64,000 bases of DNA from an uncultured archaeon (GTDB taxonomy: Archaea; Thermoplasmatota; Thermoplasmata; Thermoplasmatales; Thermoplasmataceae), in contig CP009479.1 of assembly GCA_000965745.1 (NCBI GenBank), forward strand, positions 1,888,001-1,952,000. Direction: 5' to 3'. The notes beneath the pieces are model-generated. The model had not been told where the DNA came from. It did no database searches and was given only the letters and a program-made list of their open reading frames with translations. A program made the translations under genes and the position numbers. Position 1 is the stretch's first letter; the number at the start of each line of letters is the position of its first letter. Shown here piece by piece: positions 50,058 through 60,262 of this stretch.

Positions 50058-50429
50058 ATCTCAGTTCAAGTATATAAATTTAGTTATAACCATATATTTA
50101 ATTCACTATATCGAATTACTAAATTTGTCATCACTTTTCGCCCATAGTCGGTGAAATAGCTATTCTTGCTCATATTACGATGGTCACCGCTAAGTTGGCA
50201 TTTTAGATAAACCTTATGATTTATTGGCAGGGATCAGAGTGGATCAGTTTTAGCCTGCAAGTCCTTTTCATGTCAAGAACTGGTGTGGGCTTCCCCCATG
50301 CCTTCTTGTTCCCGCCCAATGAAACGCAAATCCTGAAATCCGGACGGCAGTATATTGAAATATTATTTTGGATTACTTTATCGAGTCTGATTTGTAGTTA
50401 ACTAATTCAATCGGATTTAGAGTGGGACG

Positions 50430-51131
50430 ATGAAGAGCAACAGGAATGAAAACGATTTTCCAGGACTTCTCGGTGTGCTTGGAGGCATGGGGCCCGCAGC
50501 AACGCTCGATTTTCTTGACAAACTGCTGAAGCTGACCAATGCGGAGACTGACCAGGAACAGATACCGACTATAACGTACAATAACTGCATGATTCCTGAC
50601 AGGAATGAGGCTTACCTTAGGGGTGGAGAATCACCTGTACCGGAACTGATAAGGAGTGCCAGGGTTCTTGAAAATGCGGGAGTAGACATGATAGCTATGC
50701 CCTGCAACACAGCGCACATCTGGTTTGATTCCCTGGTGGAGTCAACAGCAGTCGAATTCCTCAATATGCCGGGAATAACTGCAGACTGTATACCCGATGG
50801 TGCCAGTGTAGGAATTATTTCGACGACCCCGGTCAAACTCTCAGGGCTTTACGCCAGCAAGCTCGCGGAAAGGGGTGTTGTTGTGAAGTACGGCAAAGAC
50901 CAGGACGAAATAATGAAGGCAATATATCTGGTAAAATCAGGCGACCTCAAAGATGCAAAAAGAATATTCATGGAGCAGATAGACCTTCTTGAGTCAGAGG
51001 GAGTTGATCACATACTTGCCGGATGCACCGAAGTTCCGCTAGTTGTTTCAGAGGATGACCTGAATTCCAGGCTGATCGATCCAATGGAATGCCTTGCCCT
51101 CGAATGCATAAGAAAATTCGGCAAGAAATGA
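50430..51131 (+). CDS. Aspartate/glutamate racemase family protein
   Basis: GVLGGMGPAAT, MPCNTAH and AGCTE (two catalytic Cys). Confidence 0.9.
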   Translation: MKSNRNENDFPGLLGVLGGMGPAATLDFLDKLLKLTNAETDQEQIPTITYNNCMIPDRNEAYLRGGESPVPELIRSARVLENAGVDMIAMPCNTAHIWFDSLVESTAVEFLNMPGITADCIPDGASVGIISTTPVKLSGLYASKLAERGVVVKYGKDQDEIMKAIYLVKSGDLKDAKRIFMEQIDLLESEGVDHILAGCTEVPLVVSEDDLNSRLIDPMECLALECIRKFGKK

Positions 51132-51177
51132 TTTCCTCTGCAAATTCTTTTTATCAGGACATCCATTTCCTGTAAAC

Positions 51178-52962
51178 ATGAAGAGCCCTGAAGAATCCTA
51201 TAGGTTGGAAGTCGTTTCAGACCCTTATGTTTCCGGGAACTTTGCATATTTTACATTGAACTGGATAGAGGATGGAGAGTACAGATCCTCCATCTACAGA
51301 TTTAATGGTGAGAAGGTTGACAGAGTGACCTTCGGGGGCCACGAGAAGATGCCTTCTTTCTTCAATGGAAAATTCCATTACGTGTCGTATACAAAGAAGA
51401 AGGAATCCCTGATGCTCCAGGAAGAATTCAAGGAGCCGAGGGAGATATTTTCCAACGAGTCCATCCAAAAATATCTGTATCACAAAAACACGCCAATTGT
51501 TATGACCCAGGATTCTTCAAACGAAGAGGAGCCCTTCATAACTGACAGGCTGAAGTACAGGTTTGATACCAAAGGGTACCTGAGGACAAGAGTCAGGCTC
51601 GTCGCATTGGAAGACTCCCCCAGAAATCTTGTATCGGGCGACTTCGATGTTGTTGATTTTGACTCGAATGGAAAAGTAGTCATTTTCAGCGCCACGATTG
51701 AAGATGATGATCGCGGCCTTCAGGATATTTATGAACTCAATGTGGCAGATAGCTCCTACAGAAGGTTGACATCAGGTTCTGGAGAAGCTCCACTGGTTTC
51801 TGTCAACCTTGATGGTGAGATCGCATACATTGGCCATAGAAATGGGATTAGCCCGTGGACACCCTCTTCACTGGTTTTTCCAGGGACTGAAAGAACCATT
51901 GGCATTGGAAAGAACGCGGGCAACACTGTCAACTCGGACCTTTTTGTGCCGGGTTCAAATTCACTTCTGCTTGATAACGGAAAGTATTTTCTAATAGGGC
52001 AGGAAGGGGGTAAATCACACATCTACGCATATGACGGGAATGAAGTTCTGAAAATAACTGATGGAAACATTTCGGTAAGAGCCTTCCATGTGAATGACGG
52101 CAAGGTTGCGTATGTCTATTCTTCACCGGAGAGACCGTCTGTGCTTGTATTCAAGGGAGAGTACGACCCGAACCCTGATTTCAGGGGAAGAAAGCCCATG
52201 AGGATAGAAGTCAACGGCATGGAAGCCTGGCTGATAGAATCCTCCAAAGAGAATCCTACAGTTCTGGCAGTCCATGGGGGTCCACAGACTGCGTACGGGT
52301 ATGCATACAGCATTGAGTTCAACTTCCTTGCAGATAACGGCTATAATGTGCTATACGGCAACCCCAGAGGGAGTGACGGGTACGGTGAGGATTTCGCTGA
52401 AGGCTGCGTTGGAGATTGGGGAGGGAAGGATTTTGAGGACCTCCTCGGATTTGTGGATGCATCTATGAAGGAATTGGGGCTTTCTGATAACTTCGCCATC
52501 ACAGGAGGTTCATACGGCGGATACATGACTAATGCTGCAATTGTGAAGACTGATAGGTTTAAATGCGCAATTTCTGAAAGGTGTGTCTCCAATCTTATGA
52601 GCATGTGCGGAACAAGTGATATTGGATTCTGGTTCAATGCCATAGAATCTTCAGTGGATGACCCATGGTCTGAAGATGGCATCAGGAGGCTTCTTGAACT
52701 GTCACCCGTGACCAGGGCCAAGAATGTCCGGACCCCAACAATGTTCGTCCATGGCGAAAATGACTACAGGTGCCCGATAGAACAATCCGAACAGATGTAC
52801 AACGCAATCAGGATGAACGGTGTCGATACTTTGCTTGCAAGATATCCGGGAGATACTCACGAACACGCGAGGAGAGGGATTCCGGAGAACATGAAGGACA
52901 GGCTGAAAAGGAAACTTTCATGGTTTGACACCTATATGAAGAAAAAAAGAAGAGACGAATGA
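51178..52962 (+). CDS. S9 family acylaminoacyl peptidase
   Basis: HGGP, NPRGS.GYG, GGSYGG nucleophile, HGENDYRCP and catalytic His region. Confidence 0.9.
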   Translation: MKSPEESYRLEVVSDPYVSGNFAYFTLNWIEDGEYRSSIYRFNGEKVDRVTFGGHEKMPSFFNGKFHYVSYTKKKESLMLQEEFKEPREIFSNESIQKYLYHKNTPIVMTQDSSNEEEPFITDRLKYRFDTKGYLRTRVRLVALEDSPRNLVSGDFDVVDFDSNGKVVIFSATIEDDDRGLQDIYELNVADSSYRRLTSGSGEAPLVSVNLDGEIAYIGHRNGISPWTPSSLVFPGTERTIGIGKNAGNTVNSDLFVPGSNSLLLDNGKYFLIGQEGGKSHIYAYDGNEVLKITDGNISVRAFHVNDGKVAYVYSSPERPSVLVFKGEYDPNPDFRGRKPMRIEVNGMEAWLIESSKENPTVLAVHGGPQTAYGYAYSIEFNFLADNGYNVLYGNPRGSDGYGEDFAEGCVGDWGGKDFEDLLGFVDASMKELGLSDNFAITGGSYGGYMTNAAIVKTDRFKCAISERCVSNLMSMCGTSDIGFWFNAIESSVDDPWSEDGIRRLLELSPVTRAKNVRTPTMFVHGENDYRCPIEQSEQMYNAIRMNGVDTLLARYPGDTHEHARRGIPENMKDRLKRKLSWFDTYMKKKRRDE

Positions 52963-52968
52963 CGTGGA

Positions 52969-53895
52969 TCACCTGAATAGCTTGTCCTGCAAATAGTCCA
53001 TTGTATTCAGCTGTTCCCCTTTTGATTCAACTGTCTTCTTGGCAACATCCGGCAACCACTTCTCCATGGGGGTGAATTCGAAACCTTCACTCTCTGCCTT
53101 CTCAACCGACACTGTCCTGTCTTTTTCTGTGTGATAAGGGCTGATATTTTCTTTCCTGCCCTCTCTAGCAATAACTGCAGTTTTATTGATCGAATCCGCC
53201 ATTATCCTTACCATTTCGTTTGCATCGGCTGTTTCCCTGGAGGCAGCGTTATAATATCCCCTCTTGCCGTTCAATCCTAGCCAAGCCAGGAATCTTCCAG
53301 CATCTTCAACCCAGACGTAATTCATCTTGCCGCAGGGGTCCGGTATCACAATTTCCTTCCCTTCGAGGATCCTTCCGATGTGAAACTGCACCCTTCCGGT
53401 AACGTCGTCAGGGCCGATAACAATTGGGAACCTTGCTGCAACTGCCGGGACTGGTGAGTTTCTGAAAAGAAAGGCCTCAGCGCTCCTCTTTCCCTCGTTG
53501 TAACCGAGGCTGCCGATTCCACCCTCCTTCATGTCATACGACATTGGGTCAAAATCTGATTCCACGGTTTCCATTTTCGGGGTTTCATAAACCGACATGC
53601 TGGAAGTGTAAACATAGTGGCCAATTTTGCCGTCGAGTGCAGAAATTGTCGCTGCCATATCATCAGGTCCGAATCCCACCTGATCGAAAACGACATCATA
53701 GTAATCTCCCTGAGGCACCTTTGATTTCAGGCTGCTTTCATCAAACCTGTCCAGGACTATCGACTTCACCTTGTCCCCAAAAGGGCTTGGTGTCTTCCCC
53801 CTTGAAGCTAAGGTAACATCTGCACCTTCACCAAGAAGGGTATGCACAAGCCTCCTGCCTATGAATCCTGTTCCGCCAATAACCAGAGCTTTCAT
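52969..53895 (-). CDS. NAD-dependent epimerase/dehydratase family protein
   Basis: IGGTGFIG, TSSMSVY and YNEGK (YxxxK) motifs. Confidence 0.85.
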   Translation of the reverse strand: MKALVIGGTGFIGRRLVHTLLGEGADVTLASRGKTPSPFGDKVKSIVLDRFDESSLKSKVPQGDYYDVVFDQVGFGPDDMAATISALDGKIGHYVYTSSMSVYETPKMETVESDFDPMSYDMKEGGIGSLGYNEGKRSAEAFLFRNSPVPAVAARFPIVIGPDDVTGRVQFHIGRILEGKEIVIPDPCGKMNYVWVEDAGRFLAWLGLNGKRGYYNAASRETADANEMVRIMADSINKTAVIAREGRKENISPYHTEKDRTVSVEKAESEGFEFTPMEKWLPDVAKKTVESKGEQLNTMDYLQDKLFR

Positions 53896-54024
53896 GTTTG
53901 TTCTCCCATAATACGTATCCGGTACATGGTATAAAAATCAAACTGGCCTCCAGTGCCAATGGGAGCTGTAATTCGGCTATAAGTCTCCCGGCACTCAAAA
54001 AAGTTGGTGAGGTATGAGGCCCGT

Positions 54025-54678
54025 TCAGTAGACATCCATCGCTATGACCCTTGCCATTGCTCCGCTTCCTCCCTTGATCTTAATAGGAAGCGCAGCTACA
54101 AGGTATCTCTTCCCCTCAACCAGCTGGTCAAGATTTGCAAGGTCTTCGATGAATACCATATTGTGCTTAAGCAGTGCCTTGTGGACAGCAAAATCCTCAT
54201 GGTCGTAAGGCTCTATTCCCAGTGTGTCAATCCCTATTATCCTTGGCTTTTTCTGTGAAAAGAACTCGACCGTCTCGACTGAAAGGCCGGGGAAGTCGTA
54301 TTGAAACTCCCTGGTGTAGCCTCTCTTCTTGTCCCAGCCCGTGTTTATGAGGATTATCTTTCCATTGTATTCATCTTTCCAGACTTTCCTGATGGAGTCC
54401 AGCGTGATTTCAGTTCCTGTTATTTCCGGCCTTATCACGTATCCTTCACCGACCAGGGCATCAATCCCAATCTGGTCAATTGTCTTGCCGTCCTCGAGCA
54501 TGTGTGAGGGAGTGTCTATGTGAGTTCCTGAGTGCGTTGCGGAATAATAGGTCTCAACTTTGTAGCCGTCGCGGGATACTGTGCCGATTGGTTTCACGTC
54601 AACCAGGGGATTTGTTGGCCAGATTGGCATGTATGTCTCCAGAGTTACGCTCAAATCATAAAAACCCTTTATTTCCAT
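54025..54678 (-). CDS. Cyclase family (kynurenine formamidase-like) protein
   Basis: HSGTHIDTPSH, IGIDT and LPIKIKGGSGA..R motifs. Confidence 0.88.
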   Translation of the reverse strand: MEIKGFYDLSVTLETYMPIWPTNPLVDVKPIGTVSRDGYKVETYYSATHSGTHIDTPSHMLEDGKTIDQIGIDALVGEGYVIRPEITGTEITLDSIRKVWKDEYNGKIILINTGWDKKRGYTREFQYDFPGLSVETVEFFSQKKPRIIGIDTLGIEPYDHEDFAVHKALLKHNMVFIEDLANLDQLVEGKRYLVAALPIKIKGGSGAMARVIAMDVY

Positions 54679-54794
54679 GCAGATTCAATACACTTAAGCA
54701 TTATAAGTTTAGAACCAAAAATAATAGGTGCGGATAATTCAGCAGGAATAAAGAATTCAGGTATGGATATACCTATCTCCGGTGCCTTCCAAAG

Positions 54795-56171
54795 TCAGTG
54801 CATCATGAATGCAAGATAAGCATGATATGAACTCCACATGTCAACCTTGCTGACAAGTTCAAAGGGAGAGTGCATTCCAAGGACCGGTGGTCCAGCATCT
54901 ATGACGCTCATTCCATACCTGGCAAAATCCTGCGCCACAGTCCCGCCACCGCCTTCATCGACCTTGCCCAGCGTTCCGAACTGATATTTTACCTTATGCT
55001 TCTCGAATATGTTCCTCAGGTAGGCAACGAACTCAGCAGGTGCCTCCGATGACATGAACTTGCCTCCAGAACCGGTATATTTGGTTATGACGATACCTCC
55101 GCCAAGCTTGGCAGCATTGTATGTGTCATGGGCATCCTTGAAGCTCGGGTCCATCGCGGCATCGACATCCGAGCTTATGACCTTGCTTTTCCTCAGCAAT
55201 GACAGGACCTCCAGATGGTCAGCATTTCCTTTCAGCTTGTGGATAACCTGGGTAACCAGATATTCAAGAAGGTTTGATTGTGAACCGGTGGCCCCCATGC
55301 TTCCAATCTCTTCTTTATCATAAAATAGCACAAGAACAGTGTCATCGGGTTTTTCAATATCCATGAAGGCGTGGAAGCAGGCGTATGATGATGCCTTATC
55401 GTCATGGCCGTATCCACCGATCATCGATGCATCAAGGCCGGATTCCCTTGCCTTGTCTGAAGGGACGAGATAGAGGTCCGCAGAAGCGAGGTCCTCTTCC
55501 TCAATGTCGTAGCGGTCCTTGAGTATTTTGAGAACGTTATTCTTGAACTGGTCCTTTCTTGTCTGGCCCGGAATGCTTCCGAATATGGCGTTCATCTCCT
55601 CTCCCTTTATGCCCTCAAACAGTTTTCGTTCCCCCTGGACCTTGTCTGCTATGTGAGGGAGAAGGTCGGGAATGACAAAAACAGGGTCGTCAGGCTCCTC
55701 ACCAATCCTGAGCTTGATTTCCCGTCCGCCCTTGGTGTATACCCTTCCATGAAGGGCCAGGGACCTGTTTACCCACTGATATTTCTTGACCCCTCCATAA
55801 TACTGCGTCTTAAGCAGGACAGTGTTGGTCTCAACATCCTCATACACAGGCTTTGGTTTCAGATCAATTCTGGGTGAGTCTATGTGTGAGGCAATGACGA
55901 AAAGACCGTTGTCTATTCCCTTCTTTCCTATTATCCCTGCAGCTAGAGTCCTCCCCATGTGGTTTAAGTAGAACTTTGAGCCTGGCCTCAGTTTCTCTGA
56001 ATTCTCGATGTTCGAAAATTCATTTCTCTCAAGGCGCTCTATGAAATAATCAACTGCCTCGAACTCCGTTTTCACGCTGTTAAGGAAATTTATGTACCCT
56101 CTAGAAATTTCATTCAGTTTGGCCTCACTGGAATTGTCGATAAGGGACCATCCCGTCTTATGATCTGCCAT
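54795..56171 (-). CDS. M18 family aminopeptidase
   Basis: SHIDSPRIDLKP, YYGGVKKYQW, GHDD, DKEEIGS and GMHSPFE motifs. Confidence 0.92.
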   Translation of the reverse strand: MADHKTGWSLIDNSSEAKLNEISRGYINFLNSVKTEFEAVDYFIERLERNEFSNIENSEKLRPGSKFYLNHMGRTLAAGIIGKKGIDNGLFVIASHIDSPRIDLKPKPVYEDVETNTVLLKTQYYGGVKKYQWVNRSLALHGRVYTKGGREIKLRIGEEPDDPVFVIPDLLPHIADKVQGERKLFEGIKGEEMNAIFGSIPGQTRKDQFKNNVLKILKDRYDIEEEDLASADLYLVPSDKARESGLDASMIGGYGHDDKASSYACFHAFMDIEKPDDTVLVLFYDKEEIGSMGATGSQSNLLEYLVTQVIHKLKGNADHLEVLSLLRKSKVISSDVDAAMDPSFKDAHDTYNAAKLGGGIVITKYTGSGGKFMSSEAPAEFVAYLRNIFEKHKVKYQFGTLGKVDEGGGGTVAQDFARYGMSVIDAGPPVLGMHSPFELVSKVDMWSSYHAYLAFMMH

Positions 56172-56232
56172 AATGGCGCAAAACTGAAATCATATTTAAA
56201 AGGTTTGAGTTGGGTGTATTTTAGTTTCCAAC

Positions 56233-57132
56233 TCATTTTTTGATTTCGATTGTGTGATAATACACCTTGTCACCATCTATGGGGAAAATATCCATCTCGT
56301 TCTCCTTCCAGATCACGGAGGAAGCCTCCCTGTCCTCCACAAGTTGGAAGCCGGTTCTGCCAATCAAGTCAAAAAATTTCTCCTTGATGTAGGCATCGAG
56401 GAACCCGTAATCTTCGGCAAGCTCTGCAGAAGGTGTGTCTTCCTCGAAAAACGAAGCCATCAGCAGTGCCTTTCCCCCGGGCTTCATTATCCTGTAGAGT
56501 TCAGCAACAACAAGTTCCGTATCCGTAATGTTGTTGAGACCTGCAAAAGATGTGACGTTATCCGCTACACCTTCCCTAAGGGCCATGTGCTTTATGTCGG
56601 TTGCCAGGTAAAATGCCTTTCTCATGCCCTTCTTTTCAAAGTCCCTCTTAGTGGAAAGAAGCACGTTCGGATCTATATCGGTCGCAATCACTGAAGAGTT
56701 GTTTGATCTTTTCAATACCTGTTCAAGCATCATCCCCAGGCCCGTGGCGAGATCCACTATATTTCCTGATAGATTCCCTATCTTTGGGTAAGTTATATTC
56801 CACCATTTTTCGTGCGCTTTCCTGATGTCGGGGCTTATCAGTCTCTGGTATCCTTTCATTACCTCTTGCCTGTATTTCTGGGATATGATTCTCTTGTCCC
56901 ATTTCCATTCCATGCCGGAGGTTTCACTGTCAATAAGAATGTAGACACCCTCCCTGGATGAATACTTCCTGTTGCAGAATGTGCACTGCATTTCCCCATT
57001 TATTTCGTTCCCACAGACCGGGCAGGCCAGGACTGCCCCAATCTCTACCGCTCCCATCATTTCTTTCACCAGCCATTCCATTCCTTTTTGTTCACAGTTT
57101 GTTGCAGAAAGTCGAAGTGATGTTTCGTCCAC
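56233..57132 (-). CDS. SAM-dependent methyltransferase with N-terminal zinc ribbon
   Basis: CPVC...CTFC and VDLATGLG motif I. The true start is probably near 57060. Confidence 0.78.
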   Translation of the reverse strand: MDETSLRLSATNCEQKGMEWLVKEMMGAVEIGAVLACPVCGNEINGEMQCTFCNRKYSSREGVYILIDSETSGMEWKWDKRIISQKYRQEVMKGYQRLISPDIRKAHEKWWNITYPKIGNLSGNIVDLATGLGMMLEQVLKRSNNSSVIATDIDPNVLLSTKRDFEKKGMRKAFYLATDIKHMALREGVADNVTSFAGLNNITDTELVVAELYRIMKPGGKALLMASFFEEDTPSAELAEDYGFLDAYIKEKFFDLIGRTGFQLVEDREASSVIWKENEMDIFPIDGDKVYYHTIEIKK

Positions 57133-57345
57133 TTTGCATCAACGCCAGTTACTGCTGGCGGTAGCCTTGCGATCTAAGAAAGTTCATGTTTTTGCAGGAT
57201 TCTTAGAGCTACAGATAAAAAACTGGTGGTGGCATAAATACTATATGGCTTAAAATGGAGGGGGCCGTTTAACCACCAAGACAGTTTTTTAAACGTCTGA
57301 TAGGGAAATCCAGTAAGGTTTAATATTCACTGAAAATACAGGTAC

Positions 57346-57437
57346 AGCTAGGGGAGCCAAAAGAAACTGCTGAGAGGACAGCAAATGTTTGCTGCCGACC
57401 CTTAAACCTGATCCGGGCAATGCCGGCGAAGGGAAGC
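57346..57437 (+). promoter_or_regulatory. TPP riboswitch (THI element)
   Basis: Core CTAGGGGAGCC...GCTGAGAGG...GACCCTTAAACCTGATCCGGGCAATGCCGGCGAAGGGAAG. It lies downstream of a TATA-like TTTAATAT (57319-57326) and upstream of thiamine ABC genes. Confidence 0.93.
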
Positions 57438-57473
57438 ACAGTTCTGGAGAGACTTCTCTGGCAGGAGGAAAAC

Positions 57474-58631
57474 ATGGATCCTGCAAGAGACGATAAGGCA
57501 AGAGTAAGCAAGTACAGATCTTATAGGAAGCGGGTAATTGCACTCGTAATAGCTGTAGTGGTGGTAATAGCTGGCTTTTCAGTTTACTACAGCCTGATAA
57601 GCAAGCCAACTGGAGAGAAGACGCTGACTGTTTATACATACAGCTCTTTCATGGCTTACGGCCCGAACAAGACAAAAGCGTTCAACGCTGTTTTCGGGAC
57701 TTTTGAGAAAGCCCACAATGTGAAAATTGTTGTTAAGACCCCAGGAAATGGTATCCTGCAGCAGCTCCAGGCTGAAAAGAACAACCCCCGGGCGGATATT
57801 GTGATCGGCCTCACCAACATGAATGGAGTGGTGGCCTCGTCTCAGGGCCTTCTGGTTAACTACACGCCCCCGGCCGACAGTTACATCAATTCGTCGCTTC
57901 TGAAGGATATGGGGTCTGCGGCCAGTTACATCACCCCTTACGAATATTCGTACCTGGGGATAGATTACAATAAATCCTTTGTCAACAGTACTTCATCCGC
58001 GGTGAATGGGAGCTTTATGCCATCATTCGGTGACCTTGCCGGCAGTGCCCTTGCATCCAACCTCCTTCTTGAAAATCCCACGGTTGACGACACCGGCCTC
58101 GGTTTCCTGCTGTGGCAGATAGCGTATTACAAATATGTGCTTCACGACAGCAACTGGACTGACTGGTGGAACGCTACAAAACCATACACACAGGGCCATA
58201 TCTATGACTCATGGGATACGGCCTTCAGCTATTTCGACACCGGAAACCACACAAATCTTCTTGTGAGTTACCTTACGGACCCTGCGTACAACAATTTCTT
58301 CGGCTATGGAAATTCAACCGGATCATCCGTAACATACCACAACGGCACAGCATACGGCTGGAGAACAATATACGGGACCGGAATCGTGAACGGTTCGTCA
58401 AACCTCACCCTGGACAAGGAGTTTGTGAATTATTTCCTCAGTCCCACTGTGCAGAATGAAATACCTACTAACGAGTGGATGTACCCTGCAAATTCAAGCA
58501 TTGCCCTGCCCCCCTCATTCGATGTGCTCCCCAACCAGAATAACATATATCCCTTGAACAACTATGTTACAGCGTCAGATATTGCAGCGAATATCCAGAC
58601 CTGGGAGACACAATGGCTGAATCTGCAGTGA
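57474..58631 (+). CDS. thiB: Thiamine ABC transporter substrate-binding protein
   Basis: TLTVYTYSSF, ADIVIGL, TGLGFLLW, SYLTDPAY and Q..IPTNEWMYP motifs. ATG 57474 follows SD GGAGGA; the ORF-track start 57420 falls inside the riboswitch. Confidence 0.88.
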   Translation: MDPARDDKARVSKYRSYRKRVIALVIAVVVVIAGFSVYYSLISKPTGEKTLTVYTYSSFMAYGPNKTKAFNAVFGTFEKAHNVKIVVKTPGNGILQQLQAEKNNPRADIVIGLTNMNGVVASSQGLLVNYTPPADSYINSSLLKDMGSAASYITPYEYSYLGIDYNKSFVNSTSSAVNGSFMPSFGDLAGSALASNLLLENPTVDDTGLGFLLWQIAYYKYVLHDSNWTDWWNATKPYTQGHIYDSWDTAFSYFDTGNHTNLLVSYLTDPAYNNFFGYGNSTGSSVTYHNGTAYGWRTIYGTGIVNGSSNLTLDKEFVNYFLSPTVQNEIPTNEWMYPANSSIALPPSFDVLPNQNNIYPLNNYVTASDIAANIQTWETQWLNLQ

Positions 58632-60262
58632 AGATTACGAAGGGCAGAAACACCCTTAAATGGCTTCTGCTTTTCACTCCATCCATTTTTATTGCCGCGG
58701 TAGTGGTATACCCGTTCATACAGCTCCTGTACAGCAATGCTAATTTTGACTTTGCAAGTCAGATCACTGGAAGTTCCCCTGTGGCGCAACTTACAAGAAA
58801 AGCAATACAGAACTCAATTGTTCAGGGTGCTGTCAGTGCCTTGCTGTCCTTCGTTGCAGGACTTCCGGTTGGCCTTTTCCTTGGGAGGCATACATTCAGG
58901 TTCAAGCGCATGGTCAATTCAATAGTGATTATCCCCTTCTTTCTTCCATCAATACTTGTTGTTTTCGCCTTCATTTCCGGATTCGGGTCCAACTCATCCA
59001 TGGCACACATCCTACCGTTCACGGAGTCGGCTTCCTCAGGCTTTACGGGAATAATCGCAGTAAATACATTCTTCAATGCACCCCTCGTTGCATTGTTCAC
59101 CATGACTGCGGTTGAGCAAAGTGATGTAGCACTCAATGAGGCCGCCATGACCCTTGGTGCTGCAGATGTCAGAAGATTCAGGACAGTCTGGGGAAAGGAT
59201 GCGCTTCTTGCGGCCAGTGGTGCTGCACTTCTGGCATTTACCTATTCTTTCGCAGGTTTTGCAGCTCCCCTGATTATTGGGGGGCCGGGATATTTCACTC
59301 TCGACGCATGGATATACTTCATGGTCAAGACATTGAATAATCTTCAAGCAGCCATGGTGCTTGCCCTGATTGAGGCCCTTATTCTGGTTTTGCCCGCACT
59401 TTCATACATCATATTCAGTTCAAGGCAGAGAAGGGTTACGGGGAGCCAACTGAGGCTCCCGGTTCAGGATCAAAGAAAAAATGGCTACTTTTACGCCGGG
59501 GCCGCATACACTTTTTTCTGGGTTGTTGTTGAACTCTATCTTCTTTCGTCTGTTTTTGCGGCTTCACTTGAAAATTCATCCGGACAGTGGTGGCACTTTG
59601 CAAACTATATTCAGCTGTTCGGGGGGAGAACTACTTCGGCCATCGGTATTTCGGCTGCTTCCAGCATCCTCAACACTGTATTCTATGGCACCATGACGTC
59701 GCTGCTTGTAGTCACCCTTGGCCTGATGTGGATAACCGGGAGGAGGCGGCTGAACTACAAAAACCGTTTTGCCTCGGAGCCTTTGCAGTATGTTCCCCTG
59801 ATAATCTCATCTATTATCATGGCCTTCTCGGTCTCAGTGGTTTTTGGAGTTATCACCCCGGAGAGCCTCATCTGGGTGCTCATCATACTTGCCCAGACCT
59901 CTGTGGCGATTCCTGTGGTGCTAAGGGTGATCGATTCCGGTTTCTCTTCAATATCACACACGTACACTGAGGCTGCCCTTACACTCAGAGGCAATCCCTT
60001 CTTCGAAGTTGAGATGCCAATGGCCAGATCTACTTTTGCATCCGCCCTGATGTTTGCCTTTGCAATAAGCCTGGGGGAGTTCTCTGCCACTAATTTCCTG
60101 GCCACTACAAATTACGTTCCACTGACTGTTGAAATGTATCTGCTGAGAGGCGTGAGACTTTTTGGGGCTTCTTTTGCCGCAGCTTCACTGCTCCTTATTA
60201 TAAGCATTGTTTCGTTCTACTTCATCCAGAGGTTAGGTGAGAGATTTATTGGCTTTCGTTGA
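58613..60262 (+). CDS. thiP: Thiamine ABC transporter permease
   Basis: Duplicated TM domain with two EAA motifs (EAAMTLGA, EAALTL) and SLGEFSAT. Confidence 0.85.
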   Translation: MAESAVKITKGRNTLKWLLLFTPSIFIAAVVVYPFIQLLYSNANFDFASQITGSSPVAQLTRKAIQNSIVQGAVSALLSFVAGLPVGLFLGRHTFRFKRMVNSIVIIPFFLPSILVVFAFISGFGSNSSMAHILPFTESASSGFTGIIAVNTFFNAPLVALFTMTAVEQSDVALNEAAMTLGAADVRRFRTVWGKDALLAASGAALLAFTYSFAGFAAPLIIGGPGYFTLDAWIYFMVKTLNNLQAAMVLALIEALILVLPALSYIIFSSRQRRVTGSQLRLPVQDQRKNGYFYAGAAYTFFWVVVELYLLSSVFAASLENSSGQWWHFANYIQLFGGRTTSAIGISAASSILNTVFYGTMTSLLVVTLGLMWITGRRRLNYKNRFASEPLQYVPLIISSIIMAFSVSVVFGVITPESLIWVLIILAQTSVAIPVVLRVIDSGFSSISHTYTEAALTLRGNPFFEVEMPMARSTFASALMFAFAISLGEFSATNFLATTNYVPLTVEMYLLRGVRLFGASFAAASLLLIISIVSFYFIQRLGERFIGFR

